Below, piece by piece: positions 25,700-37,889 of a stretch of 64,000 nt of DNA. Below the pieces are notes generated by a model. It was not told the origin of the DNA. It was given only the letters and a program-made list of their open reading frames with translations, and did not search any database. Source of the stretch: Squalus acanthias (taxonomy: Eukaryota); contig CM059452.1 of the NCBI GenBank assembly GCA_030390025.1, positions 7,936,001-8,000,000 of the forward strand, given 5' to 3'. Position numbers and translations under genes: made by a program. The first letter of the stretch is position 1. Each line of letters opens with the position of its first letter.

Positions 25700-26340
25700 T
25701 GGAGTACTGTGCACAGGTCTGGTCTCCAGATCACACTTACAGTACTGTTCACAGGTCTGGTCTCCATATCACACTTAGAGCACTGTGCACAGGTCTGGTC
25801 TCCATATCACACTGAGAGTACTGTGCACAGGTCTGGTCTCCATATCACACTTAGAGCACTGTGCACAGGCCTGGTCTCCATATTCACACTGAGAGTGCTG
25901 TGTACAGGTCTGGTCTCCATATCACACTGAGAGTACTGTGTACAGGTCTGGTCTCCATATCACACTGAGAGTACTGTGTACAGGTCTGGTCTCCATATCA
26001 CACTGAGAGTACTGTGCACAGGTCTGGTCTCCATATCACACTGAGAGTGCTGTGTACAGGTCTGGTCTCCATATCACACTGAGAGTACTGTGTACCGGTC
26101 TGGTCTCCATATCACACTGAGAGTACTGTGTACAGGTCTGGTCTCCATATCACACTGAGAGTACTGTGCACAGGTCTGGTCTCCATATCACACTGAGAGT
26201 ACTGTGTACAGGTCTGTTCTCCATATCACACTTAGAGTACTGTGCACAGGTCTGGTCTCCATATCACACTTAGAGCACTGTGCACAGGTCTGGTCTCCAT
26301 ATCACACTTAGAGTACTGTGTACAGGTCTGGTTCCATATT
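25700..26340. repeat. 38-bp minisatellite expanded inside a CR1 fragment
   Basis: Unit GAGTACTGTGCACAGGTCTGGTCTCCATATCACACTGA; CR1 sequence continues on both sides (about 25650-26850). Confidence 0.9.
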
Positions 26341-26918
26341 ATAAGAATGATACAGAGGCACTGGAGAAGTGCAAAACTGATTGACAAGGACGAACACAAA
26401 ACTGAAAAATTGTAACTGTCAAGAATGATTGAACGGGCTTGGGATCTTTTCTCTTGAAAAGAGAAGGCTGAGGGGTGACCGAATAGGGGTCTTTAAAATT
26501 ATGAAGGGGTTGAAAGTTTAGACTTAGAGAAAGTATTTCTGCTTAAGGAGGAGTCCGATACTGGGGGCCATAAATATAAGATAATCACTAATAAATCCAA
26601 TTGGGAATTAAGGAGAAACTTCTTTACCCAGAGAGTGGGTAGAATGTGGAACTCGCTACCACAGGGAATGGTTGAGGTGAACAGCATAGATGCGTTTCAG
26701 GGGAATCTAGATAAGTACACGAGGGAGAAAGGAATAGAAGGTTATGTTGATGAGGGAGATGAAGTAGGGAGAGAGGAGACTCATGTGGAGCATAAACACC
26801 GACCTGTTGGGCCGAGTGGCCTGTTTCTGTGTTGTAGATTCTATGTAAAAACCGCTTTACAGTTCTTAAATTGTTTGGACTGCAACAAATAATCCCAATA
26901 AAATGTATTTTCTTGCAG

Positions 26919-27227
26919 ATCTTGTGGTACATCATCCAACTGTGATCCTCACCCTGAGTTCCAGTGAAGAAATCATCAGCAGCAGGTCTGCAACCGCCGT
27001 GTGTTCAATCATCGATTTCCGTCCAAAGTCACTGACCGTGAATTGGCTGAAGAATGGACAGCCCATGGATTCGGGCTTCGTCACCTCTCCCGTCTTTGAA
27101 GTGAACGGGAACTTCTCGGCGACCAGTCGGCTGACATTCACCGCCGGGGAGTGGTTCGCCGGCTCGGTCTATACCTGCCAGGTCTCTCATAAAGGGTTCA
27201 CCCAAAGCCGAAACATCACCAGATCCG
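26919..27227 (+). CDS. IGHM: IgM constant exon Cmu2
   Basis: [14 protein letters not shown]...[20 protein letters not shown]...FSATSRLT...YTCQVSH; AG/GT, phase 1. Confidence 0.95.
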
Positions 27228-27279
27228 GTAAGAGACACCAGGCAGTTCCAGATCATTCTGAGCGCCGCACTCAGTCAGG

Positions 27280-27895
27280 AGTCATAGAGTCATAATGGCA
27301 CAGAAGGAGGTCATTCGGCTCATCGAGTCCGTGCCGACTCTCTGTTGAGCAATCCAGTCAGTCCCATTCCCCAGCTCTATCTCCGTAGCCCTGCAGGTTT
27401 ATTTCCCTCAAGTGCCTATCCAGTCTCCCCTTGAAAACATTGAGTGTCTCCGTTTCCACCACTTCCGTTGGCAACGAATTCCAGGTTATCATCACTCTCT
27501 GCGTAAAAAAGTTTTACCTCACAACCCCCATGTATCTCTTGCCCAAAACCTTAAATCTGTGTCCCCTAGTCCTTGTGCCATCAACTAGTGGGTACAGCCT
27601 TTCCCCGTGTAGCCTATCCAAACCCGTCATAATCTTGTACACTTCTATCAAATCACCCCTCAACCTCCTTTGCTCTAATGAAGATAAATCCATCTTCTCC
27701 AACCTGTCCTTGTAGCTAAGATCCCCCATCCCCGGAACCATTCTGGTAAATCTCCTCTGCACCCTCTCAAAGGCTTTCACATCCTTCCAAAAGTGTGGTG
27801 ACCGGAACTGGACACAATACTCCAGTTGTGGCCTAACCAGCGCTTTATAAAGGTTCAGCATAACTTCTCTACTTTTGTAATCAATACCTCTATTG
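27280..27895 (-). mobile_element. CR1 LINE 3' fragment
   Basis: ORF 27514-27861: LYKALVRPQLEYCVQF...RRLRGDLIEVYK. Confidence 0.9.
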
Positions 27896-28189
27896 TTTTA
27901 TTGGACTTTTATTGGAATTAGTAAAAAGCACAGATATATTTCTAATTTCCAATCACACAGTTTGTGTTTCCTTCCGATGTCAGTGCTGACTCAGGTTTCC
28001 TCACGGTTCAGGATTCCAGCACTTCGCCAAAGGTTTCCCTCAGCTGTGATGTCAGTCAGTGAGTGAGGTGTCCTTAGTCTCAGGTTTATCCTGAATTGGC
28101 TGATCATATTCGGAGCGACAGTAGGTGTCTGGGACCCTTTTCCCGTAACTGTCTCGGGACCCACTGCTAGAAAGGACATCTACCCTATT

Positions 28190-28740
28190 TAGAGAACTGC
28201 GTTCAATTCTGGGCACCGCCCATCAGGATGGATATATTGGCTTTAGAGGGGATGCAACGCAAATTCACCCGAATCATACCGGGGCTGAAAGGGTTAAATT
28301 ATGAGGACAGGTTGCACAGAATAGGCTTGTATTCCTCTGAGTATAGAAGATTAAGAGTTGATCTGACTGAGGTGTTTAAGTTGATAAATGGAATTGATAG
28401 GGGAGATAGAGAGAAACTATTTCCTCTGGTGCGGGAGTCCAGAACAAGGGGCATAACCTTCAAATTAGAACCGAGCCGTTCAGGGGTGATGTCAGGAAGC
28501 ACTTCTTCACACAAAGGACAGTGGAAATCTGGAACTCTCTCCCCCAAATGCTGTTGAGGCTGGGGGTCAATTGAAAATTTCAAAACTGAGATTGATAGAT
28601 TTTTGTAAGGCAAAGGTATCAAGGGTTACAGAAACAAGGCGGGTAGATGGTGTTGAGGTGTAGATCAGCCATGATCTCATTGAATGGCGGAACAGGCTGG
28701 ATGGGCTGAATGGCCTACTCCTGTTCACATGTTGCTATTA
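28190..28740 (+). mobile_element. CR1 LINE 3' fragment
   Basis: ORF 28228-28557: ALEGMQRKFTRIIPGLKGLNYEDRL. Confidence 0.88.
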
Positions 28741-29432
28741 CTGCCCTGCGGTCATATTTCCTTCTGACTCTCTCACCAGACATGTTAAGTGCTCACTAAT
28801 GACAGAAATGAACAAATTACTTCACATCGGCATTACAAATTATTCACCTCCCAAAGACCCCTTGGAACTCCATTCTCCCGACCTTTCACTTCTCCTCTGA
28901 CGGGGGCTGCAACTGGTTCCTGCACATTTTCATCGCCCCAAAAATCGCAACAAGACAACAGAAAATTAACTTTGTTTCCTGTTGCACCTAAAATCCTGGA
29001 CTTCATTTGACACTCGTTTTCAACTAGTGTAATTTTCGTTTAGAGCTCTTGACCCTGGGGGCGGAGCCATTATAATGAGCGGGAATGCGTTCGGGCACAA
29101 GGATCTAGAGACGGGCCTAAAGGAGCAAGGGTTTTCAGGAAGAGCGCTATTCAGTGCGTAACACAATTGCGCCCGAATTTATTCACTTTTTACGCCGAGT
29201 ATTTGCTTCACAGCCCATTACAGGAGGCTCTGGGAGCAACTACACCGGAAATGTTAAAAAGTCTACCGGAATCGTTGTCAATTCGTTGTCCTTCCAATAA
29301 CGATGGTGTTTAAGCAACAACGAGAGGTTGATATCTCAAAGGTGATTTATTCTCCCTGAGAGATTGAAGGTTGAATACTGGTGTCCTGATTCTGAAGATG
29401 AAGCTTTGCTTGACTTTCATTTCTGTTCACAG

Positions 29433-29741
29433 ATGAGATCCAATGCAACGATCCTGAAATCACTCTTCCGCAACCTTCACTAGAACAGGTTTTACTGGAG
29501 GCGACAGTGACCTTAACCTGCGTCGTGTCTAATGCTCCTTATGGAGTCAACGTGTCCTGGACCCGAGAAAAGGAGACTTTGAAATCAGAGATTGCCGTCC
29601 AACCCGGAGAGGCTCCCAACAGCGTGATCAGCAACTTAAACATCTCGACACAAGCCTGGCTGAGTGGGGATGAGTTCTACTGCGTGGTGAGCCATCAGGA
29701 TATGCCGACTCCTATAAGAGAATCCATCCACAAGGAAAAAG
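29433..29741 (+). CDS. IGHM: IgM constant exon Cmu3
   Basis: [43 protein letters not shown]...[13 protein letters not shown]; AG/GT, phase 1. Confidence 0.95.
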
Positions 29742-30257
29742 GTGAGCGGTGAGATTGTAGCAATAAGTGAGACTCTGTGGCTATTTCCGGTGCTTGTGCA
29801 CGGCCCAATTCGTTCTATTAAGTGTTTGATTGGACTGCTCTGATAATTCAATGGGCAATTCCACTAACTAAACCCTCTAGGACCCGAGATGATGCATTTA
29901 AAGGGAAGCTGGATACGTCAATGAGGGAAAAAGGAATAGAAGGATATGTTATTAGGGTTAGTAAAGAAGGTGGGAGGAGTCTAGTGTGGAGCATAAACAG
30001 CGGCATTGACCAGTTGGGCCGAATGGTCTGTTTCTGTGATGTAAATTCTATATAATTTTCCAGTCCAACTCTTCAAGCTCCCAGAGAGAAGGATTGTATC
30101 TCCCTTTGCTCCGAGCTGGAAAACCGGACAGGACACAGAGGGGAAAAGGGAATACTTTAAAATTCAGCGCAAAGCACATTTCTCTCACATCTAACCGCCG
30201 GTTTCATTGTCTCTGGAATTCTCCAGTTTATTGACCTTTATTGTAATTGTTCTGCAG

Positions 30258-30649
30258 CTAAACATCCGCGGGAACCGTCCGTGTCTGTCCTCCTGCCCCC
30301 GGCAGAAGAAGTCTCCGCTCAGAGGTTCGTCACCCTCACCTGCTTAGTGAGAGGTTTCTCCCCCCGAGAGATCTTCGTCAAGTGGACCCTCAATGACAAG
30401 CCGGTGAATTCCGGCAACTACAAGAACACCGAGGTGATGGCGGAGAACGGCAGCAGTTCCTTCTTCATGTACAGCCTGTTATCCATTGCAGCGGAGGAGT
30501 GGGCCAGCGGCGCTTCTTACTCCTGTGTGGTGGGACATGAAGCGATCCCCTTGAAGATCATCAACAGAACGGTTAATAAATCCAGCGGTAAACCCAGTTT
30601 TGTCAACATTTCCCTTGTTCTGATGGACACCGTCAATTCTTGTCAATGA
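30258..30649 (+). CDS. IGHM: IgM constant exon Cmu4 plus secretory tailpiece
   Basis: [14 protein letters not shown]...[17 protein letters not shown]...YSCVVGHEA; tail [19 protein letters not shown] with N-glycan sequon and penultimate Cys. Internal G|GTAAA donor after 30587 for the membrane form. Confidence 0.96.
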
Positions 30650-30677
30650 GAATCTCTCGATTGCATTTCAGTTCTTG

Positions 30678-30693
30678 AATAAAAACCAATAAA
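30678..30693 (+). terminator. Secretory-form poly(A) signals
   Basis: Two AATAAA hexamers just after the tailpiece stop. Confidence 0.8.
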
Positions 30694-31079
30694 GGCCTTT
30701 TCTTCCAATCGTCAGTTACACACACAGCCGCTCAATTAATTTTGTTTCCCATTTTTGCCAAGGGGAGGGCTGTTTATCTGAAGCAGGATATTGGCCGGTC
30801 TCGGGCCCAAGGCTTGTACAGCCAGCGCTCCCAGCTCAGATACACCACGGGTTAGAGACAGACTGAAGCTCTTTCATGACAGGATTCCTCAAAGTCACTT
30901 CAGCAACTTTCCTCCCGCTGGGGGGAATCAAAAAGTTCCCATTTCCGACAAACAAACGCAGCACATTTAGATCTCGGTGTCCCTGTTTCTCGTGTTGTCC
31001 ATCCTTCAGAATTGGGGCCAATTTTATTTTGCAGCATCGCACCCTCTGGGATCTGAAATAAGGCCACACACGAACACGA

Positions 31080-32478
31080 ACTGTACCCCCACTCCCCCAC
31101 CAGAGAGAGGGGAAAGGGCAATTGTTAACCCACTGTACCCTCCACTCCCCCACCAGAGAGAGGGGAAAGGGCAATTGTTAACCCACTGTACCCCCACTCC
31201 CCCACCAGAGAGAGGGGGAAAGGGCAATTGTTAACCCACTGTACCCCCACTCCCCCACCAGAGAGAGGGGAAAGGGCAATTGTTAACCCACTGTACCCCC
31301 ACTCCCCCACCAGAGAGAGGGGAAAGGGCAATTGTTAACCCACTGTACCCCCCACTCCCCCACCAGAGAGAGGAGAAAGGGCAATTGTTAACCCACTGTA
31401 CCCCCACTCCCCCACCAGAGAGAGGGAGAAAGGGCAATTGTTAACCCACTGTACCTCCCACTCCCCCACCAGAGAGAGGGGAAAGGGCAATTGTTAACCC
31501 ACTGTACACCCCACTCTCCCACCAGAGAGAGGGAAAAGGGCAATTGTTAACACACTGTACCCCCCACTCCCCCACCAGAGAGAGGGGAAAGGGCAATTGT
31601 TAACCCACTGTACCTCCCACTCCCCCACCAGAGAGAGGGGAAAGGGCAATTGTTAACCCACTGTACCCCCACTCCCCCACCAGAGAGAGGGGAAAGGGCA
31701 ATTGTTAACCCACTGTACCCCCACTCCCCCACCAGAGAGAGGGGAAAGGGCAATTGTTAACCCACTGTACCCCCACTCCCCACCAGAGAGAGGGCAAAGG
31801 GCAATTGTTAACCCACTGTACCTCCCACTCCCCCACCAGAGAGAGGGCAAAGGGCAATTGTTAACCCACTGTACCTCCCACTCCCCCACCAGAGAGAGGG
31901 GAAAGGGCAATTGTTAACCCACTGTACCTCCCACTCCCCCACCAGAGAGAGGGGAAAGGGCAATTGTTAACCCACTGTACCTCCCACTCCCCCACCAGAG
32001 AGAGGGGAAAGGGCAATTGTTAACCCACTGTACCCCAACACCCCCACCAGAGAGAGGGGAAAGGGCAATTGTTAACCCACTGTACCCCCACTCCCCCACC
32101 AGAGAGAGGGGAAAGGGCAATTGTTAACCCACTGTACCCCCCACTCCTCCACCAGAGAGAGGGGAAAGGGCAATTGTTAACCCACTGTACCCCCACTCCC
32201 CCACCAGAGAGAGGGGAAAGGGCAATTGTTAACCCACTGTACCCCCACTCCCCGACCAGAGAGAGGGGAAAGGACAATTGTTAACCCACTGTACCCCCAC
32301 TCCCCCACCCGAGAGAGGGAAAAGGACAATTGTTAACCCACTGTACCTCTTAGTCCCCCACCAGAGAGAGGGGAAAGGGCAATTGTTAACCCACTGTACC
32401 TCCCACTCCCCCACCAGCGAGAGGGAAAAGGGCAATTGTTAACCCACTGTACCTCCCACTCCCCCACCAGAGAGAGGG
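31080..32478. repeat. 52-53-bp G/C-skewed minisatellite between Cmu4 and TM1
   Basis: GGGCAATTGTTAACCCACTGTACCCCCACTCCCCCACCAGAGAGAGGGGAAA, roughly 26 copies. Confidence 0.95.
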
Positions 32479-32804
32479 GAGGTGAACCAATCTCTATTAT
32501 ATGAACTTAGTTGCCATCAGTAAAAAGTCAGCTTTAACTCACAGTCTAAAAACGTTAAAGTTGCCGGATGAGAATCATATTGTAAAATAAATATTTATTT
32601 AACAACTTATCTTTAACTAGTGTTTGGATAAATCTGTCCCTGTTATTCATAAACTAACAGATTGAATTTTAATAGTCCAAATTTGAACTGGTGATTGAAT
32701 CCTCTGCGGGTTTCTCACGGTTCTGTCCCTGATGGTTTGAGGCCCATCGGTTGACGTCACATTGCGTCTCACACAGAACACATTTACACAGAGCGGGGAA
32801 GAAT

Positions 32805-33520
32805 GCGTGTAAAGTGAGTGTGTGTGTTTATGTGTCAGTGCGTTTGCAATTTTGTGTAAGTGTGTGTGTTTTGTGTAAGTGCACACTTACACATAAACAC
32901 ACACAGACTTACACATAAACACACGCATTAACATATTGACATAGAATATTACACATACCCAGAATATAATACACACCGTCATTGTCAGACCCAGTTATTG
33001 GTACTCTCTGAAACTTTGAACAGTACCGGAAATACACACGCGCACACCCTTAAACAAAGCACACACAAACACATGCATTAACACACACACACTTACACAC
33101 CCATAAACTCACACTCAACACAAACACACACACACAAACACACACACACTTACATGCAAACACACACATGTACACATAAACACACACACGCTTACACCTG
33201 AACATACACAATCACTTACACATAACCATAAACATACACATAAACACACACATGGACGCACATACACAAAAAACAAACACACAATTAAACATAAACACAA
33301 TTACAAATAAACACACACACTTATACAAAGACTTACACATAAACATACACAAACTGACAAAAATACACGCACACTTACACATAATCACACACTTACACAT
33401 AAATACACATAAATAGAATTATGCAAACACACACACTTACACAGCAACACACACATTAACACACAAACACAGACTAAAACAAAACAAGAGATTGTCAGAC
33501 ACACATACGCAAACACGAAT
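32805..33520. repeat. Degenerate (TG)/(CA) low-complexity tract
   Basis: CA-rich sequence. Confidence 0.85.
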
Positions 33521-34159
33521 GCGCGAAAAAACCTCAGGCTATAGACGAATGTAGAATTAAAACGCACTTTTTGAACGAACACATTTTCCAACGATTGTTC
33601 TGAATGAATAATTCTTGATACCATTTAATCTCACATTTCTCTATTCTGGTCCTACACATACACTGAATCAATGTTCTTGTTGGAATCTGATACAAGTTAA
33701 TTATGTTCGGAGCATTGCTATAACAAATAAATAAACAAGATTATAAATCACATCTGATCTCTTACCCAGCCCCCTTGACAGTCTCCAAATAAGTAGCTAT
33801 CTAATCCTATCGTTAAAATAACCGATATCAATCAGTAAACCTCCCTCGATATTTCATCATATTATTCCCGAATCATCGATTGTATGAAATTGATGCAAAA
33901 TCAATTAGCGTGTGACATTGAAGAAAAAACTGTCGTTTTTTCCAACACTGACTATAGGAGGATCATAAAGAAGAGCGACTGTGGAGTTAGGAACAGAGAT
34001 AGATTGCTGAGCGAGATTAACTTAACACAAGATATACATTGAAAATTCAATTAGAGAACAAACTAATACCTTAAGGAAAAGAAGGGAATATATAATAATA
34101 ATATGATATCTTGGATTAATAAACGATCTGAATATATTTCCGCCTCTACATCCCCGTAG

Positions 34160-34287
34160 ATTCCTCAGACCACATCTTGATTGAAGACTATGAGGAAGAG
34201 AGCGGCAACATCTGGACAACCGCTTCCACATTCATCATCCTGTTCTTCCTGAGCATGTCCTACAGCGCTGCCGTCACTCTAGTGAAG
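34160..34287 (+). CDS. IGHM: IgM transmembrane exon TM1
   Basis: DSSDHILIEDYEEESGNIWTTASTFIILFFLSMSYSAAVTLVK (antigen-receptor TM motif) with GTGAG donor. Confidence 0.95.
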
Positions 34288-34427
34288 GTGAGAAGATTCA
34301 ATCCACTCACACTTCGATCTGACTGAAGCGGTTTGACAAATCTCTAAAAGTTTCATTGATAAATACCCTGAGATAAATGCCCCAAACCACTAAATCTCTG
34401 CTTCATTCTTTTATCCCTCTTTTACAG

Positions 34428-34436
34428 ATCAAGTGA
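34428..34436 (+). CDS. IGHM: IgM exon TM2 (IK*), cytoplasmic tail KIK
   Basis: Polypyrimidine tract-CAG|ATC AAG TGA; AATAAA at about 34500 and 34894. Confidence 0.9.
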   Translation: MK

Positions 34437-37334
34437 ACGGTTGAATTTCGGACGCCGTGGATTTTCCTCATCTGTTTATTAACATCTCTGTGTCATGAAA
34501 ATAAAATATGTCCTCTTGGTGATTCTCAGAGTCAAATGCCTTCAGTTAATAGATCCGAATCTGTAGCTGAGAAAATCATAACCGGGATTTCCGTCTCTCT
34601 GTTTGAAATGTGTGAGATAATCGTGGCTATAATATAAATGTATCTTAGAGTTTCACCGTTGTTTGAATATTTCATGTGTAAATAAGTCACTTTTCTCATT
34701 CGTAATTGACAATTGTTCCCTTCCCTTTATGTTGAGCCCCTGTTTTCTCTCCCTGGTGTCTGTTACAGTTGTACAGATAACTGGCAGCTCAGACCGCCTG
34801 TGTTCTGGTCTCAATGTGACGCTCTGTTGTTATATTCACTTTGTGCTAATTTTGTAAAAACTTCACTGTAAATTGTTCTCTGTGAAATTGTTAATAAATC
34901 TGGAATGACAAATTGACTACTTGGACTTTGCTGAATTCCTTCCGCCAAGGCCCCTCCACACCGCTCCATTTTCCCTATCACACTTTGCTTTATTTCCCTG
35001 ACAGGTATTTTTCACCCGTCCTGTCTGGGTTGTGTTTGAACCCAAGTCCCTTCGGATAAGTAGCTACTGCGCCACCCAGTGTTCCTTCCATCAGAGTAAC
35101 GACACCTTTACCCCTGCCTTTTCATGTCAAGACCCAGAGGCGGAATGACTGCACAACGACCAGGCTCACCTCGCAGTCTCTTCCAATATTATGCTCTGTC
35201 ACAGTCACATGCCAGGTTCTATTAACAAGCAGTGATGTATGCTCTGCTCCATCACAGCCTGATAGAGAACAACATATGGCAGAGTAAAACTCCCTTTAAA
35301 CTGTCCCATCAAACACTTCCAGGGCAGGTACAGCACGGGTTAGATACAGAGTGAAGCTCCCCCTACACTGTCCCATCAAACACTCCCAGGGCAGGTACAG
35401 CACGTGTTAGATACAGAGCAAAGCTCCCTCTACACTGTCCCATCAAACACTCCCACGGCAGCTGCACACTTGTTATATACGCACACAGACACCCAGGGCA
35501 GAGAGGAAAGAAGGAGAGATTGTATTTGAGGGAGAGGGGATGAGGGATCACGCGGTGTCCTCAGGTATATTTGGTCATCGCTGGACACAGGTTGTGTGAC
35601 AGTCGGACAAAATCAAATTCTGATGGAATATCGTTCCAGTTTTGTTCAGGCCAGGTGAGCGAGTGTAGCCCTCCTCTCGGGGAGGGCACTATAGAATGTA
35701 TTTTTTGTTTTGGATTAGCCCCTTTAATGGAGTCCCGAGTCCAAATGGTCCACACAGACCAATAAAAGAGTCGGCCCAGCACTGGGGTAACCACTTCCAA
35801 CCCTTCTCCAATCTGAGCCACACCCATTTACCTTGACCATCTGTCTCCTGTATCCCTGACGACCTTTCTCCCTGCTCTAATCCATTCCCTCTGGTACCAA
35901 CTCCCTGAACTCACTGAACATCACTACTGTGTACCGCCAGTGACCTTCAGATCTCTGATCCCTGTTTCCCTGCAGTTTTGCTCCACGTCCATAACCGGAT
36001 CCTCGGACTCTTTCGATGCCTCCCCGCCCCGGGAACATCTCCAGAGGTTTCTGGCCAGACCCGAGTGTCTTCCGGCATTCTCCTTTTGATGCAGTGCTGC
36101 TTTCCCTCTGAGCTCCTGGAGTCCAGGCGCGAGGTCTCCTGTGGTTGAATATATGATCGGGTTGAGGAACGGAAGAATTAGGCGGCCCTTCTGAAGGGCT
36201 GAGAAGGAAGTTTGGAAATGGTTTGAGTTGCTGTTTAAACTATGTCTCTGCCCCAATCTCTCTCCCTCCCCGCAAAGCGACAAATACCTTCAGCCACCAT
36301 CGCTGTGTCTCCCGGCTCTGTATCCCGTCCCCAGGCTCCGAGAATATCGGGCGGTGCAGGGCCCATTGAAGACTTTCCGAGCTGACCCCCCGGGGTCACA
36401 GCCCTGGGTCAGGGGTCACAGGCTGCACACACGGGGAATCTTTAGCGCTGAGCGGAGCCTGGAGACTTCCCGTGACCTCTGACCCTCAAGAATGTGAAAA
36501 ACAGCCAATCGCGGTGCTGTGACATGCGAAAAGCATTGTGGCGTCATCCAGTGCAGGGCAAAGCCGTGACGGCCATGTTTGTGTGACGTGCGGTGTGACG
36601 TGTGACTTCAATTCCCACAAAAGAAACGGTCTCCCTTTCTTAATAAAAAGGAGAAAATATGCGACAGAGATAAAGATACAGACTGCGATAATTGAAGCGG
36701 TTGGCGAGTTGCGCATGTGCGAACAGTGCTCCCAGGGAGCAGCACGGCCCGTGGTCTACATTGGGCCTATTCTAGCCCGCTGTGCATTGTGGGAAACTCT
36801 GTCCTTCATGGCTGCTTAAATCACTGATAGGGTGTGAGCCAACTGAACCACTGAATGGCAATTTATTACAACCTCCCTCGGGGAAACTGCCACACAGTCA
36901 GAGTTCTCCTTACAGGCCAATAGCACTTGGTCAGATTTATTGCAGGTTAACTGACGCACTGAGGCAGCCAGTGACCGGAACAGCAAGAATAGCGAAAGAG
37001 TTCAGAAATCTCTCTATTTTCTCCACAGATCTCCCGCAACATTCAACTAATTTTCTCTTTCATGTCCTCTCCCATTCGGTTGTGGGTTTCCAACACCTCT
37101 GTTTTCAAGCTTGGAAAGTTGCATCTAAATATAGTGAAACTAAAATAGAGTAATGGGTCGGAGGATTTCCCGAGCACCTCAATACATTAAGTACTTGGTT
37201 TTGAAGGAATACACGAGATGAAATAACACACACAGGCAGAATATGGGAACCAGATCCTGTCCCATTAACGGAGCGACCAGCAGGAGATTCCTGGCGCTGT
37301 CAGCAACCTCTTTCTCGGAGCTGATCTTAACATT

Positions 37335-37742
37335 ATTCACTGACCTGTCTGCAGTACTTGTCTATGGGAAGCTAGTTTAGAGCGGTTCTGAATTAATATG
37401 CCGTGCAGCAGTAAAGGTTTTACATCGTTAAACTAAAGACTGGAAGAAGAAAGTCCATACGATTAGTAAAGAGTGGAGACAAGGGATGAGAAGAGACAGG
37501 CAGGCCCGGAAATTACATCAAAAGACAAAAGGTGAGTTGTGGAACCACAGACATGATCGCTGAAGTTCATTTTTAGTATAAATGCAAGTTGAAATCACAA
37601 ACTAATATAATTCGGCCAGGGGACCTCACCTGTTCTTGTTGAGTGCTGCGTTTTTTTGTACTTTTAAGGAGGTCCGTGTGACTCTCACTGTGGAGACTGA
37701 ATTATTGCTTTTGGTTATCGGTGTGAGAGCGCCCTCTCAGTG
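37335..37742 (-). repeat. Orphan TCR-V 3' flank (paralog of 51860-52253 and of 41480-41570 reversed), V segment missing
   Basis: Shared GAGCGGTTCTGAATTAATATGCCG...GACTCTCACTGTGGAG...GGTGTGAGAGCGCCCTCT. Confidence 0.75.
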
Positions 37743-37889
37743 TGCGTTTTGGTACAGTAGGGACGTTGAATAGTTACAATTAATGCTCATTGAGGTTCCT
37801 TCCAGATATTGGGCTTCTGTTGGCCACTGCTTGAAGGAGTCTCCAGAACTCAGTTCTGCCGAAAACATTCCTGGTTTCCCATGGAAACA

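Noticed and set aside
30836-33624. Many short ORFs in the track
   Set aside because: They are translations of minisatellite and CA-repeat sequence.
16114-34436. IgW, IgNAR, IgM1gj-like or NAR-TCR identity for the Ig cluster
   Set aside because: It has four C exons with mu-type sequence including Cmu2, a mu tailpiece and a separate JH. No NAR-type V or leaderless supporting V-delta was seen.
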